This document shows positions 62,446 through 64,000 of a stretch of DNA of 64,000 nt, piece after piece (position 1 is the first letter of the stretch; each line of letters begins with the position of its first letter). The notes under the pieces are model-generated. The model saw only the letters and a program-made list of their open reading frames with translations, ran no database searches and had not been told where the DNA came from. The translations under genes and the position numbers were made by a program. The stretch covers positions 5,766,001 to 5,830,000 of the forward strand of contig JBPQGU010000016.1 of the NCBI GenBank assembly GCA_051362555.1, written 5' to 3'. The DNA is from Lingula anatina (taxonomy: Eukaryota > Animalia > Brachiopoda).

Positions 62446-64000
62446 AGGGGCGTAACCAGACCTGCAAAAATTGTACGCACAGATTTTAAAAAATTCCGAG
62501 CACGTACAGCAAAATGTAGACTAACCCAAAACATGAAGGACAGCGTAATCACAGCAAATGTACCACATATATATGTGGTATATAATAGCTTAATTTCCAT
62601 TAATAATAAAATCATCATTTAAGTCAAAAATATTCTCGCGATTTAATAAATATTCTAATTTACCCAGAATGGTATATTTATTTAAAAGGAGGCTAACTGA
62701 ATTATAGTTTTATTATTTGTTTGTGAAAATTGCTCATGTCACCCTGTTAGTTTGGAGGTCTAAGCTTGATCAAGTCTGTGTTAAAATTCCTATGAAGCTG
62801 TGCAAGAAAAATTCTTCCTCTGTTTCTCTAGCTCCTCAATAACAGGGGCGTAACCAGACCTTTAAAAATTGTACGCACAGATTTTTAAAATTCCCAGCAA
62901 AATGTAGACTAATGCAAGAGATGATGATCGAAGGACAGCGTAATTACAGCATATGTAGGGCCTACCACACATCGCAGCTTAATTTCCATTTTAATGGAAT
63001 ATAAAAATAATAAAATCATCATTTAGTCAGAAATATTCTCGCAATTAAAAAAGTTTCAATATTCTTATTACCCAGAACGGTATATTTATTTAAAAGGAGG
63101 CTAGCTTCGCATATGTGGAACCCCTTCGAATAATCCTGGATCCACCTCTGAGTTGAACTAACATACGGTTTCATTCACCTTACATGTGGATGCATGGCTC
63201 CCAAAAACAACCAACGACAGAGCTCTGATACATCTAAGTTTAATTATTTGTTTGTAAAAATTGCCCATGTCACCCTGTTAGTTTGGAGGGGTAAGCTGGG
63301 TCAAGTCCATGTCAAAATTCTTTGAAGCTTTGCAGGAAAAATTCTTCCTTTGTTTCTCTAGCTCCTTCTTTAACCTGGTGTCCAGATTTTATCTAGTGCC
63401 CCCAGGGTTGCGGGAGCTGCTCTTCGAAAATAACACTCAGGCAGATTTTTACCTGAGATAAATATCGCCAGCGAGAATGCGTTCAAGAAAGAGGGTACAG
63501 AAGAGTTGAGGGCCACTGAACCTTTCAATTAACAGGTAAAGGAAGTTCCAGTTAGATGGACGATTAAGATAGGACTTGTTAAGGTTACGGGCATTGTTTA
63601 CCTCAGTTTCCAAGACGGGGGAGGAGGGGGGGTCAGAACAATAGTGCCTATACAATTGATACAGAGGGTTTGTACATACAGGTGACTTTAATAAGCAGAG
63701 GATTTTCTTTTGTATTCCGTGAAAAATACACTAAATTTATATAAAATAATAACATTTTTTTATACAACGTTTATTCAAAAGAATGAAGTGGAGGCAAGGC
63801 GCTGGAAGCATTATATGCTAATAATATCATGGTTGGCCAAAAAAATTGTACGCACAGTGCATCCGTGCATATGCCTAGTTACGCCCATGAATAAACCTGG
63901 TGTTCAGATTTTATCTAGTACCCCCAGGTCTGCGGGAGCTGCTCTTTGAAACAAATGCACAGGTAGATTTTTACCTGAGATTAATATCGCCAGCGAGAGT
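62444..64000. repeat. Cluster of diverged direct repeats
   Basis: Units starting AACAGGGGCGTAACCAGACCT at ~62444 and ~62841 share about 400 bp. 63372-63480 repeats at 63893-64000 (AACCTGGTG..CAGATTTTATCTAGT...AATATCGCCAGCGAGA). Confidence 0.85.

Overview
This is AT-rich animal genomic DNA with GT-AG introns, microsatellites and many transposon remnants; it is probably from an invertebrate, likely a mollusc or other lophotrochozoan (inferred, not proven). The left third holds decayed Tc1, L1/Tx1 and MITE elements and an FMRFamide/sex-peptide-receptor-like GPCR with a single coding exon (minus strand). A CpG-rich, probably bidirectional promoter sits at about 21.9-22.4 kb, after which CpG is visibly depleted. 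On the plus strand follow a C2/MNNL-like exon, a DSL (Notch-ligand) exon, and then a vitamin K-dependent Gla-domain gene built like vertebrate clotting factors: propeptide+Gla exon, 25-nt aromatic-stack exon, then at least 6 calcium-binding Notch-type EGF repeats. The main discovery is that this gene has TWO complete propeptide+Gla exons (44855-45030 and 46153-46331; the second is missing from the ORF track). They have identical phases and cannot be joined in frame, so they appear mutually exclusive, and the intron between them has five RBFOX TGCATG motifs. The DSL exon can splice in frame to either one, suggesting a possible DSL-[Gla A/B]-EGF fusion protein. Two tandem aequorin/SCP-fold EF-hand genes, one with a signal peptide, lie antisense in what appears to be the next large intron. 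Their paralogous flanks reveal exact transposon insertion sites.
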